A stretch of 64,000 nt of DNA from Eledone cirrhosa. Its lineage: Eukaryota. The DNA lies in contig OZ024756.1 of NCBI GenBank assembly GCA_964016885.1, positions 35,278,001-35,342,000 on the forward strand. The letters are read 5' to 3'. The notes under the pieces are model-generated. The model ran no database searches. It was not told the origin of the DNA and was given only the letters and a program-made list of their open reading frames with translations. Both the position numbers and the translations under genes were made by a program. Shown in pieces: positions 38,111 to 51,966 of this stretch; the first letter of the stretch is position 1; every line of letters begins with the position of its first letter.

Positions 38111-38224
38111 ATATTGTGAATCCTTTTAGTCACCTTTTATGACACACACAAATATAGTGTACCTATTGTAAACCAGACACACACACACAGTTGTGATGTT
38201 AACAACAACAGTAGTCCCTTCATT

Positions 38225-41060
38225 CTACCAATACACCAGTTGTGATATCACCACCACCACCAGTCCTCCCACTCCACCAATACACCAGTTGTGATATCAC
38301 CACCACCAACAACAGTCCCCCCACTCCACCAATACACCAGTTGATATCACCACCACCACCAGTCCTCCCACTCCACCAATACACCAGTTGTGATATCACC
38401 ACCACCAACAACAACAGTCCCCCCACTCCACCAATACACCAGTTGATATCACCACCACCACCAGTCCTCCCTCTCCACCAATACACCAGTTGTGATATCA
38501 CCACCACCACCACCACCAGTCCCCCCACTCCACCAATACACCAGTTGATATCACCACCACCAACAACAGTCCCCCCCACTCCACCAATACACCAGTTGAT
38601 ATCACCACCACCACCACCAGTCCCCCCACTCCACCAATACACCAGTTGATATCACCACCACCAACAACAGTCCCCCCCACTCCACCAATACACCAGTTGA
38701 TATCACCACCACCAACAACAGTCCCCCCCACTCCACCAATACACCAGTTGATATCACCACCACCAACAACAGTCCCCCCACTCCACCAATACACCAGTTG
38801 ATATCACCACCACCAACAACAGTCCCCCCCACTCCACCAATACACCAGTTGTGATATCACCACCACCACCACCACCAGTCCCCCCACTCCACCAATACAC
38901 CAGTTGATATCACCACCACCAACAACAGTCCCCCCCACTCCACCAATACACCAGTTGTGATATCACCACCACCAACAACAACAGTCCCCCCACTCCACCA
39001 ATACACCAGTTGATATCACCACCACCAACAACAACAGTACCCCCACTCCACCAATACACCAGTTGTGATATCACCACCACCAACAACAGTCCCCCCACTC
39101 CACCAATACACCAGTTGATATCACCACCACCAACAACAACAGTCCCCCCCACTCCACCAATACACCAGTTGATATCACCACCACCACCAATACACCAGTT
39201 GTGATACCACCTCCACCACCAACAACCCCTCACTCTACCGCCACCACCACCAACAACCCTCATTCCGCCACCACCACCAACCCCTCACTCCACCACCACC
39301 AACCCCCCACTCCACCAATACACCAGTTGTGATTTTAACATTAGTAGTGATCCTTCCTTCATATCATTGTTACCAATATCTTTCTATCAATACTATTGAA
39401 CTGGTGTTCATGTGTGTGTGTAGCTTACCTGTGTGTGTGTGTGTGTAGCTTACCTGTGTGTGTGTGTGTGTGGCTCTCCTGTGTGTGTGTTGGTGTAGCT
39501 CACCTGTGTGTGTGTGTATGTTCGTGTGACTTACCTGTGTGTGTGTGTGTAGCTCACCTGTGTGTGTGTGTGTGTGTGTTGGTGTAGCTCACCTGTGTGT
39601 GTGTATGTTCGTGTGGCTTACCTGTGTGTGTGTGTGTGTGTGTGTGTATAGCTCACCTGTGTGTGTGTGTGTGTTGGTGTAGCTCACCTGTGTGTGTGTG
39701 TTTGTGTAGCTCACCTGTGTGTGTGTTCGTGTGTCTTTCCTGTGTGTGTGTTTGTGTAGCTTACCTGTGTGTGTGTGTTTGTGTAGCTCACCTGTGTGTG
39801 TGTGTTTGTGTAGCTCACCTGTGTGTGTGTTTGTGTGGCTTACCTGTGTGTGTGTTTGTGTGGCTTACCTGTGTGTGTGTTTGTGTGGCTTACCTGTGTG
39901 TGTGTTCGTGTGGCTTACCTGTGTGTGTGTGTGCGTTTCTGTGTGTGGTTTAGCTATATTTGTGTGTATATGTAGCTTGGGGGTGGTGCCTGTGTATATA
40001 TAGCATAGTTGTTGGTGTATGTATATATGTGTGTGTTTAGCTTGTATGTGTGCATCTGGCTTGTCTGTATTTGTGTGTGTGTGTGTGTATCTGTATGTGT
40101 GTGTCTGTGTGTAGCTGTGTCTGTGGCTGTGTGTATCTGTGTCTGCATGTGTGTGTGAATCTGTGTGTATGTCTGTCTGTGTGCGTGTATGTCTGTCTGT
40201 GTGTGTGTATCTGTGTATCTTACCTGTTGGTATTGGTTTTTACCTTCACAGTTCTATTTTAAATTTAGTTTCCAATTACAAACCTTCTTGTGGTGGTGGT
40301 GGTAGATGTGGTGGTGGTGGTGGTGGTAGATGTGGAGGTGGTGGTTGTGGTGGTGGTAGATGTGGTGATGATGGTGGTAGATGTGGAGGTGGTGGTTGTG
40401 GTGGTGGTAGATGTGGTGGTGGTGGTGGTGGTAGATGTGGAGGTGGTGGTTGTGGTGGTGGTAGATGTGGAGGTGGTGGTGGTGGTGGTGGTGGTAGATG
40501 TGGTGGTGGTGGTAGATGTGGTGGTGGTGGTGGTAGATGTGGAGGTGGTGGTTGTGGTGGTGGTAGATGTGGTGGTGGTGGTGGTGGTAGATGTGGAGGT
40601 GGTGGTTGTGGTGGTGGTAGATGTGGAGGTGGTGGTGGTGGTAGATGTGGTGGTGGTAGATGTGGTGGTGGTGGTGGTAGATGTGGTGGTGGTAGATGTG
40701 GTGGTGGTGGTAATGGTGGTGGTGGTGGTAATGGTAGATGTGGTAGTAATGGTGGTAGTGGTGATGGTGGTAGTGATATTAGATGTAGTAATAGTAGTTA
40801 CACTAGTAGTAATCACGGTAGAAGTAGTGATTGTGGTGCTGCTGCTGCTAGCTGTGGTGTTGCTGGTAGTTGTGGTAATGGTGGTAGTGGTAGTAGTAGT
40901 AGTGGTGGTGTGGCTGCTGGTAGTGGTGATTGTGACAATGATAGTTATATATATGGTGGTGGTTGTGGGAATAGTAGATGTGGTAATGGTAGTTGTGGTG
41001 ATGGTTGTGGTAATGGTGGTGGTGATGGTGGTGGTAGTAATGGTGGCAATGGTGGTAGAG
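38225..41060. repeat. Block of degenerate tandem repeats (CCA-rich about 60 bp; GT-rich; GGT-rich)
   Basis: Direct reading. Confidence 0.9.
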
Positions 41061-42468
41061 CTAGAAATAGTTCATGTTGTTATAGTTATTTTGTACCATT
41101 AGTCCTGCTGTGTGTGAGGGAGGTAGAGAGAGAGAAAGAAAGTGAAAGAGGTGGAGAGAGAGAGATGACAACAATAATGATGATGATGATGATGATGATG
41201 AAGACATCATGCAGTAATGTTTCTATTTTTAGAACATTTTTGTCATCAGAAAGCCAAGAATTCTAAGTGCTGACATTGATTTTAAGCAAGATGGTGGCAC
41301 CACAGCAACTCTGCAAGCAACACAGGAGCCCTGTCTTTCTATTCTACCATCGCCCCCTCCCCACCACCTCCACCACCACCACCTTCTACTGGATCTCTTG
41401 ATCATATATAACCTTTGGCATTTATTTTAAATTTTAACCCTTCTTCTGCTGCTGATGTTGCTGCTGCTGCTGCTACACCACCACCATAGATATCAGCCCC
41501 CACCACCATCGCCACCACCATCATCGCCACCACCATCATCATCGCCACCACCATCACCACTGCTGCCATCACCACCACACCTTTCCTTTACTGACCTCCC
41601 TTCCCACCATCACCCCCCCTGCTAACTTGATAACCAAGACACAACACAAATACTTTACAAGATTGTCCAATGGTGCAAATTCATTGATTGATAAAGGAAT
41701 AGATCAATATAGTTTCAGCTATTATTGTTATTATTATTATTATTATTATTAATAAATCTTGTTGAAGTTAATTTTGCCTTTTATCCTTCTGAGGGTCAAT
41801 AAAATAAAGTAGCAATCAAGTATACCTTGCATGTGTGGTCAGTTGTTGGTCATTTTCGTATTTGTCTTGGTCAGTCATAAACCACTCTAAGTTTGTATTG
41901 AAACAGCAAGCAAGTTCAAAATTAGAAATAGAAGTTTTCGCCGTGGTTTTGACTAAAGAGATTTTAGTCAAGCCTGATAGTGGGGTTTAGAACCCTCTAA
42001 GGAATGGGAAAAGATGTGTATTGGCATACATGCGCTTCAATACTCATCTTTTTCCATTTCTTAGAGGGTTCTAATCCCCACTATCAGGCTAAAATTTCTT
42101 TGGTCAAAAAATAAGGCGAAAGCTTCTATTTCTAATTATATATATATATATAGTAAAAGGCCGATAATTTTTTGTTTAAAGCCTGTAGAATGGTGTAGAA
42201 AAATACGAAGGGCAAATGATGACAAATGAACCAAAAGAAAACAAAGCAATGTTTATCCAGAGCTATTACCGTCTTTATTGATGCAAAGCTGAAACAGTTG
42301 AAGACAAAACAAACAAGCGATCAGTGTTGGACTGTTTCATCTTCACATCTGAAAAGAGGGTATTAACCCTGAAATATACTGCTACAATACACTGGATAAA
42401 ACATTACTTTGTTTTGTTTTGGTTCATTTTTCATTTCACCTTCGTATTTTTCTACTGCATTGTACAGG

Positions 42469-42503
<35 letters not shown>

Positions 42504-44214
42504 AGGGACTGTAACAATCGTCCTTGTTATTTTATTTCACTATATATATATATATACACACACGCACATATATTAGTGGTTTGACTGAAGGTGGTTGGTA
42601 AATTAAGTACAAGATTTGAAAAAAAAAAGTATTGGAGTTATGATCAATTAAAACATTTAAGGTGATGCCCCAGCATGGCCAAGGTCTTGACTAAAACCAT
42701 TAAAAGGATAAAAATCTCTATAATATATGTTGCTATAGTTACGAAATATGATGATTTTTAAACAATGTCTTACCTTTAATCTATAGCTGTTACACAATAA
42801 ATTATAATAGTAATGTAATATTTAAGTAACAGGTATTTTTAATTATTGAATATTAAAATAATTTCTAACTGCAAAATAATTTTCACTAATTAATTTTCCA
42901 AGTACTAATTTGTTTTTAAGTATATTATTTCATGGAGTTAATTATTAAAAAAAACAAACAAACAAACTATTCTGTTGAGTATATTTTAAAAATTAATATT
43001 GTGGAAACTGTTTTTGTCTATTAAATTCTTTGTTTGTGATTAATATTAATTTTGGAGTGTAGTTTGGTTATTCTATCAAGTCTTTACCCAATAGATTTAG
43101 TCGGAGCTACATTTTGCTAATTTCAGGGAGTATTCAAGAAAAAAAAATCATTAAAATAATTTAAGATACATTTAAACTATAATATGACAATAAATAGATA
43201 AATAAATAAATAAATGAAAATAAAAAAGTAATAAACAAAAAGAGAAATGAAAGAAAAAGTTGTGGAGAAATGGGGAGGGGCCAAATTACTTTACATTTTG
43301 GCTGTTTTCCCAGAGATCAGTGAGTGATATATTAGTCAAACTATATATGTTGATTACTTATTAACAGTTTTGGTACCAATCAGCTTGGCCAAAACTGGCT
43401 CTGGTTCTATGAAACAAAGCTACCCATTTTAAACGGTTCCTATTTAAATTAGAATCTTCCAACATAATTTTATATAAGAACCATTTGTTAGAAATACTAA
43501 TAGTTTTAGTAAACCTCTCCAAATTTTTCACTAATATAGTGTATGGCATTAGAAATATGGCAATAACAGGGTTAATATTTTACAATTTCCACTGTGTTAA
43601 GTTTGGAAAGATTCCTAATTTTTTTCTGTTATTGACTGACAAGATCCCAGACCTCATTCATTTACTGTGTGGGGTGTAACTTGTCAAGCTGAACCAGAGA
43701 AACGTTTTCATTGGTCTTTCCATTGATGATACTACCAGTTGTAACTCCTGACAGAAAGAGTGGCTTGGTCTGGGAGTCAAACTCATAACCTCATTATTGC
43801 AAATCAAATTCTCTCACCACTAAGCCATGTGCCTTCACTTGTACCAACAATAAAATCTTCAGAGATATGTTAAACTCTACAAAACACTGTAGACATGAAG
43901 TCGTGGAAAAAATAAAAGATTTCTTAGATATTAAAACAGTTATTATATGAGGAGATTTATTCATGTCCCTACAACATGGACAAGATGTTTCAGTGAAGTG
44001 TGTGTATGCTGAACTTCATTAGAGAAGTAGTATTGTATATACTCACATATAAGCCATATGTACTGGACTAGCAAAACCTCAATTCAAAATTCATGGTACA
44101 TTGTAAATCTATATAAAATGGAGGTATGACTTATACATGAATATATATGGTGTGTAAATATGTGACACATCTACTGGACCTATAAAACCTCAATTCAAAA
44201 TACACAGTACATTG

Positions 44215-44245
<31 letters not shown>

Positions 44246-44999
44246 CATCATCATCATCATCATCAACGTTTAACGTCCGTGTTCCACGCTTGCATGGGTT
44301 TGGACGGGGGTAGTCCCACTTGAGGCAAGAGTGATTGTCTTGCTCGCATAGGACTGTCTGGCAGGTTTTCTACAGTTGGATGCCCTTCCTAACACCAACC
44401 ACATTTACAGTGTGGGTCTGGGAGGTTTTTACCGTGTTGCCTACACGGCCACATTACAGCGTGGACTGTGTGTTTTTTTTGTCGTGACACCTACACGATC
44501 TCATTTGTTTCGGCCCGGATGGCGCGGCACCAACATAACTTTACATAGGACGGGGTGGTGTGGATGGGGTGGGGGTGGTGGTGGTGGGACGGGGTGTATT
44601 TTGTTAGAGATGCCTACTGGCAAGGCGGGTCTTCTCTGTTACTGAGTACCGCCAAAGGTCTCGGTCCAGTGACATTATATATATATAATGGAGGTGTGAC
44701 TTATAGGTGAATATACAACATATTTCTTCTCTGATGAAGCTTAGCAGACATGCCTTGCTGAAACATAATATTCTTGTTGTAAACAAGCAAAGAAAGATAC
44801 CAAATTGACACCAAAATAACTTTCTGCAATATTAATTATGACCGTTTTAAATATTTTGAAAATGTATTATTTTTTAATTTTTTATTGAAATTGTTATTTG
44901 ATAAATGACTTATTTATTTTCTTTTTTCTTTTTCTTTTCTCTTCTTTCTCTCTCTCTCTGCCTGCATCCGTCATTTCTCTGCTATTCCGGACCTTCCAG

Positions 45000-45267
45000 T
45001 ATTGTGGGACTGTATGTCTCTTTTATTCTGTTGATTGCTCGTTTCCTTCGCATGGGCACCATCAATATGCATCCAACGATAATGTTCCGAGAGGTGCCAT
45101 TTGTTGACCGAATCCTCAAGCTGTCCCTCGACATATACCTTGTGCGTGAGATGCACGAGTTCCGCCTAGAAGAGGACCTTTACGCCAAACTCATCTTCCT
45201 CTACCGATCACCAGAAACAATGGTCAAATGGTCGCGACGCCCAGATGAAAACAAAAAGAACAACTAA
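45000..45267 (+). CDS. Piezo: Piezo terminal exon A (inner/pore helix + CTD: IVGLYVSFILLIARFLRMGTINMHPTIMFREVPFVDRILKLSLDIYLVREMHEFRLEEDLYAKLIFLYRSPETMVKWSRRPDENKKNN*)
   Basis: Long pyrimidine tract, ttccag|T acceptor in phase 2, intact ORF to TAA. Confidence 0.93.
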
Positions 45268-45454
45268 AACCCTTTTTTATTATTACTAATATTGCTATTA
45301 TTACTATTATTATTATTATTATTTTACAGTATTGTAATTTACCCTGAGCTATTACTTGATCTAGCTTTATTCTTTTATCGAAGGCCACCACCACCACCAC
45401 CACACCGCTCCCTCCTGAGTAAATTGCTTTAATCTGTTTGATATTTGTATCATG

Positions 45455-46572
45455 ATCTAAAGTTGTGAAACACATCTATTAACTACTACACACCTGTGGT
45501 CTAAAGTTGTGAAACACATCTATTAACTACTACACACCTGTGGTCTAAAGTTGTGTAACACATCTATCAACTACACACCTGTGGTCTAAAGTTGTGTAAC
45601 ACATCTATTAACTACTACACACCTGTGGTCTAAAGTTGTGTAACACATCTATTAACTACTACACACCTGTGGTATAACGTGTAACACCTCTTAACTACTA
45701 CACACCTGTGGTCTAAAGTTGTGTAACACCTATTAACTACTACACACCTGTGGTCTAAAGTTGTGTAACACATCTATTAACTACTACACACCTGTGGTCT
45801 AAAGTTGTGAAACACATCTATTAACTACTACACACCTGTGGTCTAAAGTTGTGAAACACATCTATTAACTACTACACACCTGTGGTCTAAAGTTGTGTAA
45901 CACATCTATTAACTACACACCTGTGGTCTAAAGTTGTGTAACACATCTATTAACTACTACACACCTGTGGTATAACGTGTAACACCTCTATTAACTACTA
46001 CACACCTGTGGTCTAAAGTTGTGTAACACCTCTATTAACTACTACACACCTGTGGTCTAAAGTTGTGTAACACATCTATTAACTACTACACACCTGTGGT
46101 CTAAAGTTGTGAAACACATCTATTAACTACTACACACCTGTGGTCTAAAGTTGTGTAACACATCTATTAACTACACACCTGTGGTCTAAAGTTGTGTAAC
46201 ACATCTATTAACTACACACCTGTGGTCTAAAGTTGTGTAACACCTCTATTAACTACTACACACCTGTGGTCTAAAGTTGTGTAACACCTCTATTAACTAC
46301 TACACACCTGTGGTCTAAAGTTGTGAAACACCTCTATTAACTACTACACACCTGTGGTCTAAAGTTGTGAAACACATTTATTAACTACTACACACCTGTG
46401 GTCTAAAGTTGTGAAACACATTTATTAACTACTACACACCTGTGGTCTAAAGTTGTGAAACACATCTATTAACTACTACACACCTGTGGTCTAAAGTTGT
46501 GAAACACATCTATTAACTACTACACACCTGTGGTCTAAAGTTGTGTAACACATCTATTAACTACACACCTGT
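45455..46572. repeat. 41-44-bp minisatellite in the putative 3' UTR of terminal exon A
   Basis: Unit ACACCTGTGGTCTAAAGTTGTGAAACACATCTATTAACTACTAC. Confidence 0.95.
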
Positions 46573-46940
46573 GCATTATATAGCAATTATTATTTTCATA
46601 ACTCACAAATATATTTTGTTTAAAATATTCCCCAATTTCTTAATAAAAAATATTGTTTATCAGTAGAATAAATGATATATCCACATACACACACACGTGT
46701 GTGTATGTGGATAAATATGTGTGTATGTATGTATATATATATATATATATGTGTATATACACACACACATTTATATAGTCACATACATACATACATGCAT
46801 CTATATTAGTACAAATGTACATACACACATATACATCACATACATACATGCAGTTTATGAAAATATACATACACAGCTGTGTGTACATGTCTATTTGTGA
46901 ATATATATATATGTGTGTGTGTGAGAGAGAGCGTGAAGTG

Positions 46941-46975
<35 letters not shown>

Positions 46976-48474
46976 GTAATCATTTCAAGATGTGAAACGA
47001 AACACTTACTTTTTATTTTCAATTTCCAAATCTGTTACAACGATTAAAAATAAACTAAATCAGGAATTAGGTGATAATTATTAACCCCCCCCCCCCACAC
47101 ACACACATACACATCCCCACCATCTCACCCACTGATTATTTATTTGCTTCTTTGAATTTATATTTCAGTATTGTCCATAGCAGCTGTGTTAGTAGTAGCA
47201 TTAGTAATAGCATTAGTAGTATTAGTAATAATAATAGTAGTAGATATTGTTGTCATTGTTGTTCTAACATCCATGTTGTACTAACATCCATGTTGTACTA
47301 ACATCCATGTTGTACTAACATCCATGTTGTACTAACATCCATGTTAAAATATCTGAAATTCACCACAAAAATATCGAAATGAAATTACTTGAATTTCCCA
47401 CAATTACTGGGTTCTATCCCGTTTCTATCACCTTTGCTCTTATCAGACATTTACTGTCACATTGTATATACCTCTGTCTGACTATTTGGTTTATTACAGA
47501 TACCAAACCTTTAATCTGCCCAACTTGGGATTACAGATGTTCCAGATCTTTAGATACAGGCTAGACATATCCCCAAAATGTAAATTAAACAATGAAAAGT
47601 GAAGAATGAAATTATTTAACAGATACAATTTTGATCTTTACTAATCCATTTAAAATTCTTTACCTTTCATCCTTCGTGGATCGATAAAATAAAGTACCAG
47701 TAATGTACTGGGATTGAATTTAATCAAGTTTACCCATTCTCCAAATATGCTGGCCTTGTATCTAAATTAGAAATCAATATTATTGATTTGGTAGATTTGT
47801 TAGAGAGTTTGGTATTTGTTCCGACTCTTTGTTGTGTTCCAAGTTCAGATTCTCTCCCTGCTAACCCCTCCCACCCCAGAGTCCACTTTGCCTTTCATAA
47901 TTTCTTGGTTACTGAAGAAAGAACCAGCCCAGTGCAGAGCTGGCGCAACCCTCTCTAACCTTCCAGTCATCACATTCTATGTTACACTGGATCAAGGGAG
48001 GGAGAATTAAGGTGTTTGTGTCTGCATGAACACCTAAAACCCCTTAGTGAAAACATGGTACACTCTCCCGAGTGATACTCAGTTGTGAGTTACAACCATA
48101 ATTAGTTAGTTGGGAGATATTTAAATTAATCAGGAGAGGAAAGGGGTGCTGTTTATGTTTTTTTTTTTTTTTTTTTTTTTTTTTTTGTTTAGGTCCCACT
48201 GCTTGATTGGTGAGATCAATGTATTTGATGTCCAGCTTAAATATCTGCAGGGAAACCCCATGGATAGGGAGAGAGCCCCCACCCTATTCCTGATTTCTTG
48301 CTGATTCCTATTAAAGACTACCGATGGCTAGGTGCTGATAGTCGTGTTAAACTATAACACAGGTGACAGACTAATTGCTCTTCAGTATTTAGTTTCGTCG
48401 TTGTAGCTGTGAGTTCAATCCCTAATGGGGACTACTTTGTCTTTCATATCACCAAGGCTGCTCTGACACCTTTG

Positions 48475-49133
48475 ATTAGCTGAATTGTTAGATTATCAGA
48501 CAAAATGTTTTGTGGTATTTGTTCCAGCTTTATAATTTGAGTTCCAATCCCCTCGAGGTCAGTTTTGCCTTTCATCCTTCAGGGGTCTATAAAAAGCAGT
48601 ACCAGTTACGTACTGAGATCAGTATAATTGTCTTTCTGCTCCTCCAAAATTGCTGGCCTTGTGCCTGAATTAGAAAGCGTTATTATTATTGAATTGGCAG
48701 CATAGAGTTACGTCCCTTTACGATCTGAGTTCAAAACCCGCCGAGGTTAACTTTGCCTTTCATCCATACGGGGTCGATAAAATAAAGTACCAGTAATGTA
48801 CTAGGTAATTGCTGGCCTTGTGCCAAAAGTAGAAACAACAATTATTATTATTATTAAGTTTTGCCTTTGCTTGTATGAGCTGCCCCAAAGTTTCAACTAG
48901 AAATGTCAAGAGACTTATTTTCTTTATTAATCGGTAGAACGTCGGATAACATGCTTCGCAGCAGAGTTACGGCCCCTTACGTTCTGAGTTCAAATCCCGC
49001 AGAGTTAAACTTTGCCTTTCATCCTTACAGGGGGGGTCGATAAATAAAACACCAATAATGCACTGGGGTCAATTTAATCAACTTCCCCTTCCCCCTTCAA
49101 ATTGCTGGCCTTGTGCCTAAAGTAGAAACAATT
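48475..49133 (+). mobile_element. Cluster of three Nin/Deu-core SINE copies
   Basis: Cores near 48565, 48750 and 49010. Confidence 0.75.
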
Positions 49134-49555
49134 ATCTCCCTTACCATCATCGTTACAATTATCAATGTGACCAGTAAATTGTGTTGCCTTCAGTTTTGTG
49201 TTGGCTCCAGATACTCATCATTGCTCGGCATTTGTAAATAGAAAATTATGGTTCAGTTTGCTGTATAAGGATGAGTGTCCTATTTGAGGACAGGGCTTTT
49301 AAACCTAAACTGTTTAGCTATCCCTAATTTCGTTAGTTGTTGAGTGTATTTTCTTTTAAACCCATTTTTATTTAAATGTGTATTTAATGCCAGCACCCTT
49401 TCCTCCCAAATCCCTGGCTAGTTAATCAGCATTTACCATGTTTCAGTGTGTTTCTGTATCAATACTGCTGAAGGACTAACTGTACTAAATCCCCGGACAA
49501 ACTGCAATTAATGTTTGATGTTCTCAATACTATTATGTGAGCTTTAAATAGTGTG

Positions 49556-49590
<35 letters not shown>

Positions 49591-49789
49591 GTGTTATATT
49601 GAAGTTGTGACTGGACACAGCATATAAGGACCACTGGACGCAATGGACTTAGGTCTTCTCTCATGCACATTTGTGTACTATTCTACATGGTCCCATATCA
49701 CAGTTGGATACATACAACCGACGTAGAGTGCTTGATTGCAAGTGTCGCATTTGCAGTATAAGCAGCATTAAACAAACACTTAAAGGCAG

Positions 49790-49827
<38 letters not shown>

Positions 49828-49847
49828 ATATATATAGATGTATATAT

Positions 49848-49995
49848 CTAAGGCGGGTAAAATTCCCGAGATCCATGGACGAGTTCTCTCCAGCGGTCTC
49901 TGTGCCTCATTATCGCTGCCATGTCCTGCGTCTCCAACAGACCAGTGTCTGTCCTTAGGGCATCAACATACGCTAACCTTGTTCTTCCTCTTCTA
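49848..49995 (-). mobile_element. RTE-type LINE 3' end fragment
   Basis: RRGRTRLAYVDALRTDTGLLETQDMAAIMRHRDRWRELV, embedded in (TA)n. Confidence 0.65.
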
Positions 49996-50052
49996 GTGTA
50001 TATGTATATATATATGTATGTATATACATGTGTGTGTGTGTGTGTGTGTATG

Positions 50053-50088
<36 letters not shown>

Positions 50089-50470
50089 TACACATGCATA
50101 CTTATATACACAAGATGTAGTTGCTGAAACATTTATACATAACAAAACTTACTGAAGCTCATAATCCAATCTGTACCATTTACATGGTAAACTTTCGGAG
50201 GGTAAACTGTATGAGTCTGCTCCCACCTAGCCACTGTTTATCTACTAAACTGATTTTCTCTGTTATGAATTAATAGTCTGGTCTCAAACCTGTGTTTTTT
50301 CCCCCATCGAAATGATTGTCGACCTTTATTTCTATCAGTTTGTCCTGTCTGTCTTTAGTTTTAATGGCTCTATGTTGTTTCCTCTCTCTATATATAACCT
50401 CATATTTATTGCCAATTGTTGTTGTAAGCTGAATATACAACAAAACAAAAGATTACATGAAAATAATTAA

Positions 50471-50476
50471 AATAAA
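50471..50476 (+). terminator. Candidate polyadenylation signal for exon A transcripts (another AATAAA at 46642)
   Basis: AATAAA followed by a U-rich tract; in AT-rich DNA this is weak evidence. Confidence 0.25.
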
Positions 50477-50999
50477 TTCTATCATTTTTTTTTTTTTTTG
50501 TTAAATGAAAAAATTATTTTTTCTGTACTTATTTTGCTTTACACTTGCCTCCCCGACAACCATTGCTTACATACAGATATATATATATATATATATATAC
50601 ATACACATACACACGTTCATGTACATATATATATATATATACACACATACATACATTCATGTATATATATATATACCCACATACATTTAGATATATATAC
50701 ATACGTATATACATACATATATACATATATGCACAGATACGCAGACAATTCCTCATCTCCAGCATGTGCTTTTCATTCTAATGTTTTACCTCGGCAGCCA
50801 GTCATATCAATAATCACACAATGAACTCTACTATTATCCTATTCCCCCACCCCACTAGTTCTCTATCCACCCAGTCCAACATATTACAGTAGATATGTTT
50901 AACGGATGAGTCATATATACATCAGGAAACATTTGCCAGTCCTGTTTTACATGTAAATTGGTAACACTTCTGACAGTTTCCTTTGTATGTTTGTGTGTG

Positions 51000-51042
<43 letters not shown>

Positions 51043-51099
51043 TTAATATAGAAAAGGCTTCTACAGGACTAGAACTGTTTCATTCGGAAGAAATCATCA

Positions 51100-51150
51100 G
51101 GCTTCCTGATGATTTCTCCCGAATGAAACAGTTCTAGTCCTGTAGAAGCC
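51100..51150 (+). ncRNA. Minimal type I hammerhead ribozyme motif (Penelope-like/retrozyme type) within an inverted repeat
   Basis: GGCTTC-CTGATGA-tttctcccgaat-GAAA-CAG(ttctagtc)CTG-TA-GAAGCC: 6-bp stem I, short stem II, stem III, GUA cleavage site after 51144. Confidence 0.55.
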
Positions 51151-51254
51151 CTTTCTATATTAAATATTTATGCTCTGCTTTGTATTGAGTACCTTACTTA
51201 CTGTGGTTACCCCCGATTGAACCCGGGATAAATTTATATATATTATATATAATT

Positions 51255-51795
51255 TTTGTTAGAGCGTCGTGAGGTTGTGAGTTCGATTCTCAGCAGACAG
51301 GGTGATGTGTTGTGTCCTTGAGCAAGACACTTTATTTCACATTGCTCCAGCTCACTCAGCTGTAGAAAAAATGAGTTGCGTCACTGGTGCCAAGCTGTAT
51401 TGGCCATTGCCTTTCCCTTGGGCAACATCAGTGGCGTGGAAACGGAAGACTGGTATGTATTCACAACGGCTGCTCTTCCACAAACAACCTTGCCTGGACT
51501 TGGGCCTCGGAGGGAAACTTTCTAGGTACAAATCCCAGGGTCATTCGGGATTACTATATATATATATTAAAAAAAAAAAAAAAAGGATTGATCGACTTTC
51601 GTCAAATCGGACCGAGGAAACAATGTTTCCGTTGGTCTTTCCAGTTGCTAGTACTATCTATCGGTCGCAACTCCAGGTAGAAGGAGCAATGGGAAATAAA
51701 GTGTCTTGCTTAAGGACATAACGCATCACCCGGTCCAGGAATCAAACTCACAACCTCACAATTGTGAATCCAATTCTCTAACCACTCAACCACAC
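51255..51795. mobile_element. tRNA-head SINE (+, 51255-51550) and an antisense SINE fragment (51600-51795)
   Basis: Similar to 17750 and 8060. Confidence 0.65.
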
Positions 51796-51935
51796 GACTA
51801 TATATATATATATATATTATATATATTATATATATATATATTTATATATTATATATATATATTATATATATTATATATATATATTTATATATTATACATA
51901 TATATTATATATATTATATATATATATATTATATA

Positions 51936-51966
<31 letters not shown>

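Noticed and set aside
40139-41266. 375-aa Gly/Cys/Arg-rich ORF resembling a structural protein
   Set aside because: (GGT)n-derived low complexity, open in several frames, starts in a GT microsatellite and has no supporting gene structure.
10059-46572. Regular 28-48-bp arrays resembling CRISPR repeats
   Set aside because: Units are directly tandem with no unique spacers, there are no cas genes, and the context is eukaryotic introns.
49190-49240. Short peptide ILIIARHL resembling exon A ILLIARFL (possible third pore exon)
   Set aside because: Followed immediately by a stop, wrong phase relative to the nearby AG, and no CTD motif; likely chance.
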